Assembly (NCBI GenBank): GCA_001275005.1
Contig: JWZX01002902.1
Coordinates: 1 to 40,390, forward strand
DNA length: 40,390 bases
DNA from: Chrysochromulina tobinii
Taxonomy: Eukaryota
Reading direction: 5' to 3'
Shown piece after piece: positions 22,101-34,000 of the stretch. The notes under the pieces are model-generated. The model saw only the letters and a list, made by a program, of their open reading frames with translations, was not told the origin of the DNA and searched no databases. The position numbers were made by a program, and so were the translations under genes. The first letter of the stretch is position 1, and every line of letters begins with the position of its first letter.

Positions 22101-22328
22101 CAGGCCTCCCCCCTGAGACCGTGGACAGACTCTGGCTTTCAGGTGCAGGTGGTGCCGTCGTCGTCTAGGTGCAGCGGCGTGCGCATCAAGGCGCAGCAGC
22201 GTCACCAGGATCCAGGTCCTTACCAACCCTACCCTCACACGCGTTAGCGCATGGCGTTCTTGTCACGTCCTTGAGGAAGAAAACCATCGCAGTCGGAACA
22301 TGAGCACGCCTGTGCGCTGTGAGCGAGC

Positions 22329-25300
22329 TTAGCGGGCCATCTCGATGGCCGCGGGGGGGGCGCCACGGGCCATCTCGATGGCCGCGGGGGGGGCGCCACC
22401 GCCCGGCGCCGGCGGGGGCATGCAGCAGCCACACTTCGGTAGGCAGGAGAGCGCGTAGTGCGCGCACACCGGCTTGCTGACTGCGGAAGCATGGGGGCGC
22501 GTGCACACAATCACTCAAAATGAGCTGTGTGGCAGAGGGTATGTGACGGAGGGAAATGTGAGGGGGGCAAAGCGAGGGCAAAGCACCCTTGTCGCCAAGG
22601 GGGCACTGCCCAATGCACTTGTAGCAGAGGCATTGATAGCCACACCCGCACAGGTTCTTCATGGTGGGCGTCTTCAAGCCCGCGGTGCAACAGAACAGGC
22701 CAAGCTTGCAGCAGAAGCCCGCGGTGCAACAGAACATGCCGCACGGCAACGGGGTGTCGTTCGCGGCGCAGCAGAACTTTTCCTCAAAGCAGATGAGGGT
22801 GCAATCGCCTTTGCAGCAGCAGAGGATCTTCTCTAGGTTGAAGGAGTCGTAGCAGCAAACGCAGGCAGTCCATACGCACTCTTTCTCGGCGGCTGCCTTG
22901 GCCTCGGCCGGCTTCTCGGCCGCCGCCTTACCGCCCGCCGCCTTCTCCCCCGCCGCCTTGGCCTTGGCCTCGGCCGCGGCCTTCTCGGCCGCCTTTGTTT
23001 GCAGACGATGTTGTTCGGGGGTCGAAGTGACACCCTCGAGCTCCGCGCGTCGACCCTCGACCTCCTCCTCACGCGCAGGGGATACGCGGTTCGTCTTCTT
23101 GAAAAACCCCGAGACATCGCCCGTCGAAGGCATACCTTCCATGGACTGCATGCCGCGGTGAACACCTTCCTGATGAACCGGCTCGAGCTGCATCCCTGCG
23201 CGCATCGCAACCGAAAACTCTTCGAAGTCGATGCCGCCGCCCTTGTTGGTATCCGCGTCGTCGAACAGCTTCTGCAAGGCGTCGCTTGCAATATTCTTCC
23301 CCATGTCCTTGAGGGCTTCATCGAGCTCGATTTTCGTGAGTTCACCATCACCATCTTTGTCGAGCTCGGCAAACTTTGCGAGGAGCACCTCGTCCGACAG
23401 GTCGTAATTCACACCACTATCGGGCTCATCCTCTTCGTTCTCGTCTGCTTTGCGCGACCGGACAGCGTTTTCTACCTTGCGGTCCTCTTCAGGGACCACC
23501 AGCTTGCCCTGCTGCTTCTGGGCGGTAGCAGCGTCGCCCGCGGCACCCGCTGCCTTTTTCGATGATAGCTCATATACCTCCCCAAGCTCGGAGGGGTCCA
23601 CGCCACTTTCCTCGACTTCGTCGCCTTCCTCGACCTTGTTGGTGAGTGCCTTTGAAGGGGTTGATGGATTCATTCTGTTCATCATCTTCATCACGCCCTT
23701 AACCGATTTGGCAAAGGCCATGGCGACCCATGGGAAGGTGCCAAAGGTGTAGATGTGCTTCAACAGGATACCCGGAATCTTGTAGAGTCTGAAGTCGAGC
23801 TGCGTCGCGGATTGGAGGAACAGGTTGCAGACGTCTTGTTGGATCGTCGCGATAATCGGAAAGGGCGGGGAGCACTTGACTGCAAAGTCCCATACTTGAT
23901 ATCCGAATTTCGAGGCATTCGTCACTGCGAGGAGGGCCTGGACCCCCATTTGCGTGAAGATTGCGAGGAGGTTATTAGGGTGGGCGAAGTTGAAGAACGT
24001 ATCGAAGACGAACTGAAAATAACCAGTCTTCGGAATCTTGTCGACAACATTCTTGCCATCGACCTCGAGAGTGATACCCGTGATTGGGTTCTTACCCTGG
24101 AAGAGCAATTTGAAGTTCTTCGCGATCTTCAGTTGGGTGTCACCTTTGCACGCGTCGATGAGCATCGCCCTGATCTTATCGAACGCCATGAGGGGGTTCC
24201 ACTTCGTCTCGCCCGTCTTTTTGAGAGTGGCGCGCATCATCACGAGCACCAGATTGGCCTTTTTGACGCCATCCATCACGACCTTCGACCACTCTTTGAC
24301 AACCGCATCGCGACTCGTTTGTTCCTTATACATCTCCTTGAACAGCTTTTTCTCCTTCTTCGCTCCTACCTGCACGACGCCTTTCTGGTCGGTGAATTTG
24401 AGCATGCAGTACTTCGTCCGATCCTTGCGCAAGCAGCCCCTCTCACGCAGCCTAACCAGATCCGGGTCAGATCCGGGTGTATCAGGGAAGTACCTGTGTG
24501 GGGTCAAGGGAGTGGATGCGCGGCACATGTGGATGATAGGAGGCAACGCAGGCGAGGTGAGGCGGGCGAATGTGGCGTGCGCATGCGGGCAACGTGGGCA
24601 AATGCTGGGCACGAGCGTACTTCTCCCACTGCTTCTTCTTTTCCTCCGCAAGCGCGAGGATAGCCGGCGGGAACTCCACAAAATCGATTGAGCCGCCCCC
24701 GTCCGTGTCCGCGGCAAGAAACATCTCTTCGATCTCGGCCAGAGTGTTGTTGAGCTTGAGGTTCTCGCACATTTGTATCAGCTCCTCCAGCTCGATCGTG
24801 CCCGACTTGTCGAGGTCCGCTTCTTCGAATGCCGTCTTCAACCGGCCTGCATCGCCATAGATCTCGCGGAGATCCTGCTCCGCCTTCTTTAGCCGCTGGA
24901 TCAGCTCATTGATGGCCTTCTTGTTCCCCCTACGGCCCGCCGACGAGCGAGCTCTCTTGCGCCGCAGCATCTCGTCCATGAGGATGATTTTGTCGAAGTG
25001 CTTATCCGGGTAGCAACATTGCAGTTGTCCATAAAATCGGCGCTTCCGCCACTGAATGCTTCTCGATACCCACGCCGCGTGATCTTCTACGACGCCACTG
25101 AGCGGATCATCCTGGGGAACCGGGACGATGATGGGGAAAGGGGAGTTCTCTTTGAGCCCGAACTCGCACTTGACGGCCGAATGCTCTGCGTGCTGCTCCA
25201 AAGCGCTCACGATGAACTTGAACCAGTCGTCGAGATTCTTTGCAAGATCGATCATGGTGACCTTCATTTTCTTTGCCTTGCACCTTGTTTCCAAGGTTTG

Positions 25301-25696
25301 CCACCCTTGTGCGTCTACCACTATGAGACCGTTGACGGCATCGACGGTTGCAAAGGTTGTTTTCCCGTCACGGATCGCAATCTTTGGGAGGCCTTTTGGC
25401 TTCACCCCGTCGACCACACTGAGAGTCGCACAGCCCTCCGTCGTCGCTCCGAACGCCATCAGGTTCTCCAGGAAGTGATTGATCGTGTTCGTCATGAAGG
25501 CAAGGGAACCTGTGAGCATTACTGCAGGCTTGAGGATGTTGTCGAAGGTTGGTAGCCCTGTTTTCTTGTCGTACAAAGCCACCTCGTACTCGCGCATGGG
25601 AGACTTCTTCACGAGTGTTTGGGGTCGGTTCGCCTTGGCCCACTTGGAGGCCTCATTCTCCTTCGTGCCAAACGCCAAACGGAACAGCGAGGACAT
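22329..25696 (-). CDS. Large EF-hand protein (two EF-hand pairs) with Cys-rich C-terminal domain, ~1044 aa; introns 24494-24620 and 22481-22586
   Basis: EF loops DLDKSGTIELEE, DTDGGGSIDFVE, DKDGDGELTKIE, DTNKGGGIDFEE; splicing joins ORFs 24482..25969, 22186..24717 and 22329..22514 in frame (exons total 3135 nt). Confidence 0.8.
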
Positions 25697-25766
25697 CGAA
25701 AAGGATCGAGGCAGGAGTGAGATGCGCGATCTCAGATGGCCTGCAACGAAAGAACCTGGGCAGGAG

Positions 25767-25888
25767 GGCCGCGTGAGTGCGGAGGCACGCGGCCGGAGAG
25801 GCAGGCTGCGCAGGGCGCGGCTGCAGGCAGGGCCGCGTGAGTGCGGAGGCACGCGGCCGGAGAGGCAGGCTGCGCAGGGCGCGGCTGC
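25767..25888. repeat. Tandem duplication, 64-bp period, upstream of the EF-hand gene start
   Basis: GGCCGCGTGAGTGCGGAGGCACGCGGCCGGAGAGGCAGGCTGCGCAGGGCGCGGCTGC occurs twice; a degenerate third copy starts near 25917. Confidence 0.85.
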
Positions 25889-26251
25889 GGCGCTGGCCTT
25901 TGCACCTGGGCAGGCAGGGCCGCATGAGTGCGGTGCCGCATGGAGGCGCCAGGAGATCGAGTTTTCCAAGAAAGGTAATTGCTAATGTAATCGAATGATC
26001 GTTTCCGAAATTCTTTGACGTTTCCGCGCCCTATGCAGGGTGTCTCCACGGGACCTGCATCTTGCCGAGTCAACATGAAAGAGTTCATTGTTTTCTACAT
26101 GAAGTTTGTTGAAAGTGCTGTCTTGAACAGCCACATCGTCCCCCGAGCGCGCGGAGCGCCACACTGTGAGAGATAAGGGCGCGCCCCCTCAGCAAGGCAA
26201 GCAACCACGCAGACGTTCAGGAAAGCCGGAGATCAGGTGCGGGCAGGCCTC

Positions 26252-27893
26252 ATGATCAACTTCGCCGAAATTCAGGACAACATCGAGCACTTACAAACAC
26301 GGGAGCAGGCGATGGCGGCGATTCTCAGCCGGCTCGAGACGACGGTGGCGACACTGTGTGCGAGCTCGCGCGTGGACGAGATGGAGCAGCGATTCAAGGA
26401 TACTTTTGAGCAGCAGCACCGCGCGCTCGAGCGCCTCGACGTCGCGCAGCAGATTGCCGCCAAGGTCGTAGAGGAGATGCCAACCATCCAGCGCGACTTG
26501 ATGGCGAAGCTGGCCGAGGTGGAACAGACGGGCGCGGTCAAGCTGTCGGAGCTGTCGGAGAAGCTGGGCTCGCGGCTGACCAGATGCGAGCTCGAGGTGC
26601 GCCAGAAGGCCATGGACAAAGACCTGCAGCAACTCTCCGCTGCACTGAATGACTGCTCGAAAAAGGAGGAGGTCGATAAGATGCAAATGACGCTGATCAA
26701 GGTGCGCGATGAGGTGTCGCTGCGCATCGACAGCGTTGGCGAGAGCACGAACAAGATGCGCAAGGAGCTCGACACGGGCCTCGAGGCCATCACCGCGACC
26801 AGTGAGGCCATCACCAAGCAGGTCTCCGAGCGGACGAAGAAGCTTGAAGAGGAGTCGGCGCAGCTGCAAACGTTTGTGAGCAAAGCCGAGCGCGCGCTCG
26901 CGTCCAAGGTGTCGGCGGAGGAGCTGAACGCGGTGAAGACGGCGTTCGCGGCCCAGCTCGAGGAGACGCGAAACGTGCTCCGCTCCCAGCTCGACATTGC
27001 ACGCGCCAAGGCGGAGAGCGCCCTGAATGAGCTGACCAAGGTGAGCGTCGTGCTGCAGAGCGTCGCGGGGCAGGAGGAGATGGACAAGCTCAAGAACGCG
27101 ATCTCGTCGGTGCAGGCGTCGGCAATCAAGTTCGAGGAGAGCCTCAAGACCAAGGCGGACATGGAGCCCGTCGAGGCGCGCCTGACCGACCTCTTGATCG
27201 AGCAGAAGGCGACGCGCGCCGACCTGTCAACCAAGGCCGATGAGGCCGCTGTCAACGTTAAGATCCAGGGAGTCGTGAGTGCGTCGAGCGGCGAGCTGAT
27301 CAAGCTGCGGGATAGCACGGGGACGCTCCAGGTGTCGGTCACCGCCCTCGAGCAGGCGATGGTCCTCATGAGCCACCAGACGCAGCAGAAGGCCGATCAG
27401 CGCGAGGTGGGAGAGCTGCGCACAGTTAACGAGGCGATCTCGGAGCGGGTCGGTGCTCTCAAGGAGGAGTTGCAAGGTATGAGGACCCATGATTGCCTCT
27501 CAAGATGACCCATGATTGCCTCTATTGAGAACCGATGACGTCGGTGCTCTCAAGGAGGAGTTGCAAGGCATGTGATGACCCATGATTGCCTCGGATGGCC
27601 TCTGATGGGCCCTGATTGCCTCCCTCATCAGGGACGCTCTCGAAGCTCGAAACTTGGATCTCGTCGATGAATACCAAGAAGGGCAACAACATCAAGCTGC
27701 AGCCGCCGCCGCCTTCAGAGCCCGGCGGATCACAACCGTCCTCCAACGGCGCTCACAACGGCGCCGCGAAGCCGAAGCTGACCCCGCCTCAATCCATCGC
27801 GCCGTCTGGATCACAAGCCGTCGCCCCGTACCAGCCTCCTGCCCAGCAGATGAAGCCGACGCCGCCTCCCGCACGCCCCGCAACACCGCCACC

Positions 27894-27924
<31 letters not shown>

Positions 27925-28416
27925 CCGCCACCGCCGGCGCAGCTCAGCGGCCAGCAGCAGCAGCAGCTCGATTCGCTGCAGGCCGCGTCACGCGCCGCCC
28001 TTGCTCCTATGCTCGCTCAGGAGCTGCATCGGCTGCAGACGCAGGCGGCGACGGCGACAATGACGGCCGAGATGAGGAGCCGGCTCGACGCCCTCGAGGC
28101 ACAGGCCGCCTCCTCCCTCGCGCCCGAGCAGGCTCAGTTGATGTTGGATCTCCAGGCCCAGCAGCAAGAGCAAGCCCGACAGATGCGCGAGATGCAGGAG
28201 CAGCATCAGGTGTGATTGCCTCGGATTGCCTCTGATGGTCCTTGATTTGGCACAGTACCGCCTCGGATTGCCTCTGATGGTCCTTGATTGCTTCCCTCAT
28301 CAGGCTCAGATGGCGCAGTACCAGGCACAGCTTGCCGCGCAGCAGCAAGCCGCGAGCGCGGTACCACTGGCTCCAAAGGGAGGCAACACAGCGCCGAATA
28401 TGCTGGGCGGCATGTT

Positions 28417-28468
<52 letters not shown>

Positions 28469-29299
28469 TTCAGTAGCGTGGACGAGGTGCTGCGCACGCG
28501 CGCTGCGGATGAGGCACTTCGCGCGCGCGTGGCGGAGCTCGAGCGTCAGCTCTCCGAGACCCTCACGTACGTCGCGCGCATCGAGAAGGCCGCTATGGCC
28601 AGCAGCGGCCCCCGCGGCGGCGGCGGCGGAGGCGGAGGCGGAGGCGGAGGCGATGGTGAGCTTTCGGGCAGCTTCTCGCCGCCGATGCAGCCGTACATGC
28701 TCGCCGGCCGGATCGATGCGAGCGGTATGCTCCCTGTCGGCGCACCGCCCGACCCGACCGTCGGAGGGTATGCCAGCGGTGGCGGGTACGCTGCCACCGC
28801 CGGATTGACGGCCTATTTCCCGCCCAATTCGAATGCGTCCGTTGGAAGACCTTCGCCCATGTATGCGGCCCCTGTGGCGCCCCAAGGCTACCTGCCGAAC
28901 GCGTCTCCGGGGCCGGTGGTACTCTCGCCGCGCACGCAGCGCACCAAGCACGCGGGCGGCGCACAGGCGCTCACCGCCGCGGCCGCCGCCAACCAGAGCA
29001 GTAAGGTAGCGAGCGCCACCGACCTCGGTGAATGGGACGACCTCGCCATTGGCGAGCCGGGCCATGCGGGAGGCCGGCAGCCCGGCGCGCCGCCGGTGCC
29101 GCCGTTCCGCTCGCAGGCCGACCGGCGCCAGTGGCTCCTGTCCGAGAAGCGTCGCTGGCTCGTCGAGATGCGCCTGGGCAACACCCCGGCCGAGCCCGTC
29201 GCCTTGCCGGTAGAGAAGCTGCCGCCCATATCTAGGAGCACGCTCGAGGCGGTGCTCGTGGGCGGCATGAGAGTCGACACGCTGGTGACGCCGCGCTAG
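26252..29299 (+). CDS. Long coiled-coil protein with Pro/Gly/Gln-rich C-terminal half; introns 27477-27631 and 28210-28303
   Basis: Heptad-rich ORF 26237..27508 (KADxxxV repeats) joined in frame to ORFs 27616..28215 and 28226..29299 via GT..CCTCATCAG introns. Confidence 0.8.
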
Positions 29300-29344
29300 A
29301 TGGCCAGGGTACAACAAAGTTGAAAGTAACTTTGTGGAATAAGT

Positions 29345-29471
29345 GAATCGTGTCAGTTGACCCATACCGAACGCGCGCCAGGCTATCTTGAATCGTGTCG
29401 GTACACTCGCAGCGCAGACCGTCCGACCCACACCTAGGGGAGTGATCCGCACATTCACATTCACACATCAC
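29345..29471 (+). mobile_element. Possible retroelement 3' end with (CACATT)n tail
   Basis: Intergenic segment ending GATCCGCACATTCACATTCACACATCAC; internal repeat TGAATCGTGTC x2; no clear TSD. Confidence 0.3.
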
Positions 29472-29550
29472 GTTAACACCACGCCAGCAGGAACCAGGAT
29501 GGACTGACTTTGCCCCGATTCGTGAGTTCCCCGAAGCCGGCACATAGAGG

Positions 29551-30738
29551 ATGGACACAGCGGAGCGATCTCTCGGCATCGCCGTGCTACCGCTCGGCGG
29601 CGATTTGCAGGTGGTCGGCATAGGCATGTCAGGGGTATGCAGCTACATGCCGTGCCGTCCATTCCAATTCAAATTTACACTCTCATGCCACCGCTGCCCT
29701 TGCTCACAGACTGCCGCAGCGATTGCTGAGGTCGTTCTCGAGCGACTTGACTCATCCCACCATCTGTCCAGTGTTGTTCATCATGATTGGAATGCGGCGA
29801 CCGACGCTGACGTGATCCTCTTCGTGATCGAGGTCGAGTCTGATGGCAGTCCGAGCGAGACAGCGAGAAAGTTTCTGCGCTCGCTCAAGAAGCAGCCGCC
29901 ACCGCTGGGCGGCGCGTTGGACTCGAAGCGCGTGGGCGTGCTGGCGCTGGCGCGAAACGTGTGTGCCTTCTCTGCGGGGAGCGGGGGCTCCAACAAATAC
30001 AGCGGCGCCGCTAAGCTGCAGAAGGCGCTCATCGACGCGGGCGCCACACTGCTGGTGCCGATGGGCAGCGCTGAGGTGGAGATGGAGGAGGTGGAGGTGT
30101 CAATCATTCCTTGGGTGGATACGGTGGCCGACGCGTGTGCCGTCGTCCAAGCGACGCCTTGGACTACAAACGCTGCCGAGCATGCGCGGCCATCGGCCGT
30201 CGCGGAACCGAGATGCGATCTCACCACAGTCGCTCGGCCGAGATGCGATCTCACCACAGTCGCGGCAACGAGATGCGATCTCACCACAGTCGCACGGCCG
30301 TGCGTTGGAGATGCATGCGTTGGAGATGCATGCTGCGAGGCCCACGGTCCAGGAACGCATGCATCAGTCTTGCCGAGCAGATCGTCCGACGTGCGCAATA
30401 AAGATGGGTCCTCGCCCGGCCCTGTGACGGTGCTCGCGCCGGACACGCAGATCCAACCGGACCGGATTAGGAGCGGTAGCCCACTTTGGGATGCGCTGAC
30501 GGGAGGCTCTTGGATGCATGCGTTGACGATGCTCGCACTAGTGGGTGTCGCTGCTTGCGCAGTCGTGATGGCGCGTGGGGAGCGGGCAAGAGGAAGAGGC
30601 GCGCGCGGCGTGAATGGGCGCTTCGCGCGCGCATCGGCCTCGCCTTGCACTGCCGTCACGGCGAGCCCCCCGCCACCGCTACGAATGATGCCGAAGCGAA
30701 GGCTATACGGTTCAGGTCCGCCGTCACATACGACATAG
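29551..30738 (+). CDS. Flavodoxin-fold protein (resembles FMN domain of diflavin reductases) with C-terminal TM; probable in-frame intron 29611-29709
   Basis: TAAAIAE, VILFVIEVESDGSPSETARKFLRSL, LDSKRVGVLALA, AAKLQKALIDAGATLLVPMG, IIPWV; TM WMHALTMLALVGVAACAVVM. Confidence 0.65.
   Translation: MDTAERSLGIAVLPLGGDLQVVGIGMSGVCSYMPCRPFQFKFTLSCHRCPCSQTAAAIAEVVLERLDSSHHLSSVVHHDWNAATDADVILFVIEVESDGSPSETARKFLRSLKKQPPPLGGALDSKRVGVLALARNVCAFSAGSGGSNKYSGAAKLQKALIDAGATLLVPMGSAEVEMEEVEVSIIPWVDTVADACAVVQATPWTTNAAEHARPSAVAEPRCDLTTVARPRCDLTTVAATRCDLTTVARPCVGDACVGDACCEAHGPGTHASVLPSRSSDVRNKDGSSPGPVTVLAPDTQIQPDRIRSGSPLWDALTGGSWMHALTMLALVGVAACAVVMARGERARGRGARGVNGRFARASASPCTAVTASPPPPLRMMPKRRLYGSGPPSHTT
30209..30293 (+). 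repeat. Coding 30-bp tandem repeat x3 (RCDLTTVAxx)
   Basis: CGAGATGCGATCTCACCACAGTCGC at 30209, 30239 and 30269. Confidence 0.9.
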
Positions 30739-31099
30739 GTTCCGAGTGGTCCTTTCCAAGATTCGTACGTCGGGTACGGTACCCAGTTTAAAGTCATTTA
30801 TCATACGTCTCCAGCACACTTTCGTTCGTAACGAACGGAATCAGCCCACCACACTCACGTCGGAGCGTCTAGTCGGAGTAAAATACATCCAACAAGTGAC
30901 TTTCGATGTCTTCTCCACGAACCTCAACCATGAGTCTTGGACAGGCTTGTCAACAGGCCCGGCCGTTGCCCCCCCCACAATGAGCTACATATAAAGAATG
31001 CATGCAACTTACACTTCTTCACAGAAAAAGCTGCGAAAGTCGCGTCTTCCTGCGAAACGCCGTGTGCTATTTGCGCACGCTGTCGACGTTCTTGTCACC

Positions 31100-34000
31100 A
31101 TGGCACTTTCACTCCTACCCATCAGCATCTTCGTCCTCATCCTCTACAACGCAGACGCAGCACCCATCCTCGCCACCAATGCCAGCGTCAACTCCGCCGC
31201 TTCGGCAAAGGCAGTGGCAGCCACCGCCTCCTCCACTCGCCGCTCCCTGAAACAGGAGCGCCAGGCGCCCCAGCCACAACAGCAGAAACCGGACCCCAAC
31301 TGGAAGCCGCCAGACCCGATGGCCCTCGCGACGTGGAAGAACTCGGGCCACGACTCTGAGCTCCACGACGAGACGGAGATCATGCCAGATGACTTCCTCT
31401 GGCAAAACCTTCCCGGCCGCTGCTGCTTCACCGGCCACTGGGACAACCAGCGAAAGGATAAGGCCGGCGGACCGCTGTGGGTGAGCATCCACGATTGCAG
31501 CCAGTGCGACGTCTGGGGGCAGCCAGACGCGACGTGCCATAGCGGACCCACGGAGTGTATGACGTATGTCGCCGCTCACGCTTCGCACGCGCACTCACCG
31601 CTCACACGTCTCGCTCAGATGTGCCCATGCTTAAGACGCTACCGTGCCGCTTCGCTCCCCCCTCTCTCACCCTCTCTCCCTCTCTCTCTCTCTGGCCAAC
31701 AACCACGCACCTGCAGGTGCGGAATGGAGTTGTACTGTGAAGGGCGGCCACCTCCGTTGCTGGGTGGCGCCCGGACGTGCACCGGCGCATCGCGCATCGG
31801 CGAGGGCTGCTTCGACATGCTCAAGATGGGCGTGTGCATGAGCAGGGGCCTCGATGAGTGCATGCAACAGTGCCAAACGACGCCCAACTGCGAGATGGTC
31901 GTCTACTACACGCAGGAAATGAAAGGGTCATGTACACTGTGCGCCGAGCTGAGCTCGATCCGCGAGGCGAGGTTGATGACCACTGAGGGCCCTCTGATTG
32001 GCACGGATGAGCCCTAATTGCCTACTTCATCAGGTGCGCTGACATGAGCTCGACCGAGGCGACGCCACACGAGACCACGCGCATCTATGCTCGCCAGCCC
32101 GCCCCGCCCCCGCCTTCCGAGCCACAAGACAAAGGGAAGCATTATGGGTACAACATCGACTCGAGTCCCAGGCCGCCGCCGCCGCCGCCCAGGCCGCAGC
32201 TCGGTCTGAAGGCTCCGCCCGCGCCGCTCGAGCACATGGGCTGGAATTCCAAACAACACTTTGAGTGTACTTTCGAGGATCAGATCGAGTACACAGTGAG
32301 CTCTGATGGCCCCTGATTGCGGTCTGACCCCTGTTTGCCGCCTTCGAGGATCAGATATCATATAGACGACCCTCTACGAGTACCCCTCTGCATGCAGGTG
32401 AACACAGCGATAGGGTACACGGACAGGCAGGCGGCAACCCGCCTCGAGTGCTGCAACTTCTGCGGGCTGCAGCCGGGGTGCGGTGACTTTGTCTTCCAGC
32501 CGTCGACAGGCCTGTGCGTGCTGCTCCCGGGAGCTTCTGAGGTCGTCAAGATACCTAACTCGCAGGTGGTTTCGGGCACCGTGTCGGTGGCGCTGCTGCG
32601 CCCAGAGGCGCTCGAGCATGGCGACTGCGTCTTCACGCCAGGTGCGCTGACGACGCCCTGATGGCACCCTGATGACGCCATTATGAAGCCATGATGACGC
32701 CCCGATGACGCCCTGATGACGACTTGATGACGCCCTGATGACGCCCTGATGACGCTCGAGCACGGTGGCTGCGTCTTCGTGCCAGGCTCGGGGTACACGA
32801 ATGGCAAACTCGACGTGGCGGGAGTCCCGAGCGGTCGGAAGCCCATCTTGACGAAGCAGGACTGTTGCGATGCATGCATGGCCGACACACGCTGCGCCAA
32901 GTTCTCGTTTCGGCCCGACTCGCATGCATGCGAACTCTTCGAGCCCCTCGCCGAGGAGTACGCTGGTTGCCTCTGATTACCTGCACCGATGGCCTTCCTG
33001 ATTGCCTCTGATTACCAGCACCGATGGCCTTCCTGATGGTCTCCATGGGTAAGTGCCTCTGATGACCTCCCTGATGACCTCCCTGATGGCCTCCCTGATG
33101 TGGCCTCCCTGATGGCCTCCCTGATGGCCTCCCTGATGGCCTCTGATGGCCTCTGATGGCCCCTGATGACCTCCCTGATGGCCTCCCTGATGGCCTCTGA
33201 TGGCCTCTGATGGCCCCTGATGGCCTCCCTGATGGCCTCCCTGATGGCCTCCCTGATGGCCTCTGATGGCCTCTGATGGCCCCTGATGACCTCCCTGATG
33301 ACCTCCCTGATGGCCTCCCTGATGGCCTCCCTGATGGCCTCCCTGATGTGGCCTCCCTGATGGCCTCGCTGATCAGGTTCACGACCGATGGAGTGATCTC
33401 GGGCATTTTAGCCGCTCGGTACGTGGCCGACGGAGGGCATGCCGTCGGCATTGCCTCCGGCCAGCACGCTATCGCAGGGGGCATGTCCGGTGGGCACGTG
33501 GGAGCTGCCCAAGGGGGCGGCGGCGGCGGCTACGGCGGCGGCGGCTCGTCGTTTGGCGGCGGCGTCGTGTTGGGCGGTGGCGTCGCGTTGGGCGGTGGCG
33601 TCGTGTTGGGCGGCGGCGGCTACGGCGGCGGCGGCTCGTTGTACGGGGTCGAGGAGCTCTATCCCCCCATGCCACCCGCGCTCACGGCACGTGACGCCAT
33701 CAAGCCCCCCTCTCCGCCCCCCGAGGGCTCCATGCTGCAGCAACGCCTCATGTCGGCCCTCGCTCTCGGACTCGGAGGTCTGATGCTCGCCGGGTTCGTC
33801 ATGTGCTTCTACTGCTTCTTCTCGCAGGTGACCAGCCCGCTGACTGGCACACGATCTGCCGCTTGATTACATCTGTCTTTCTTCATCATCTGCTTCTGCA
33901 TCTCCTGCTTCATCTCCTGCTTCCCACAGGACCTTCGCAAGCTGCTCGGTGTGGAAGTGACGCCCCCCGGCTTCGTCAAGCCCGGTAACGCCGTGGAGGA

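Noticed and set aside
28418..28468. (GGC)n / (GCC)n tracts
   Set aside because: Ordinary coding poly-Gly/poly-Pro microsatellites common in GC-rich algae.
32990..33376. CTGATGA units as hammerhead ribozyme cores or C/D boxes
   Set aside because: No matching GAAA core or stems I-III found; the units are simply tandem.
32681..33484. ORFs with GRPS / SSEVIRGHQR / MQVLTTAP repeats
   Set aside because: Translations of intronic repeats or of the 25-bp motif, not real proteins.
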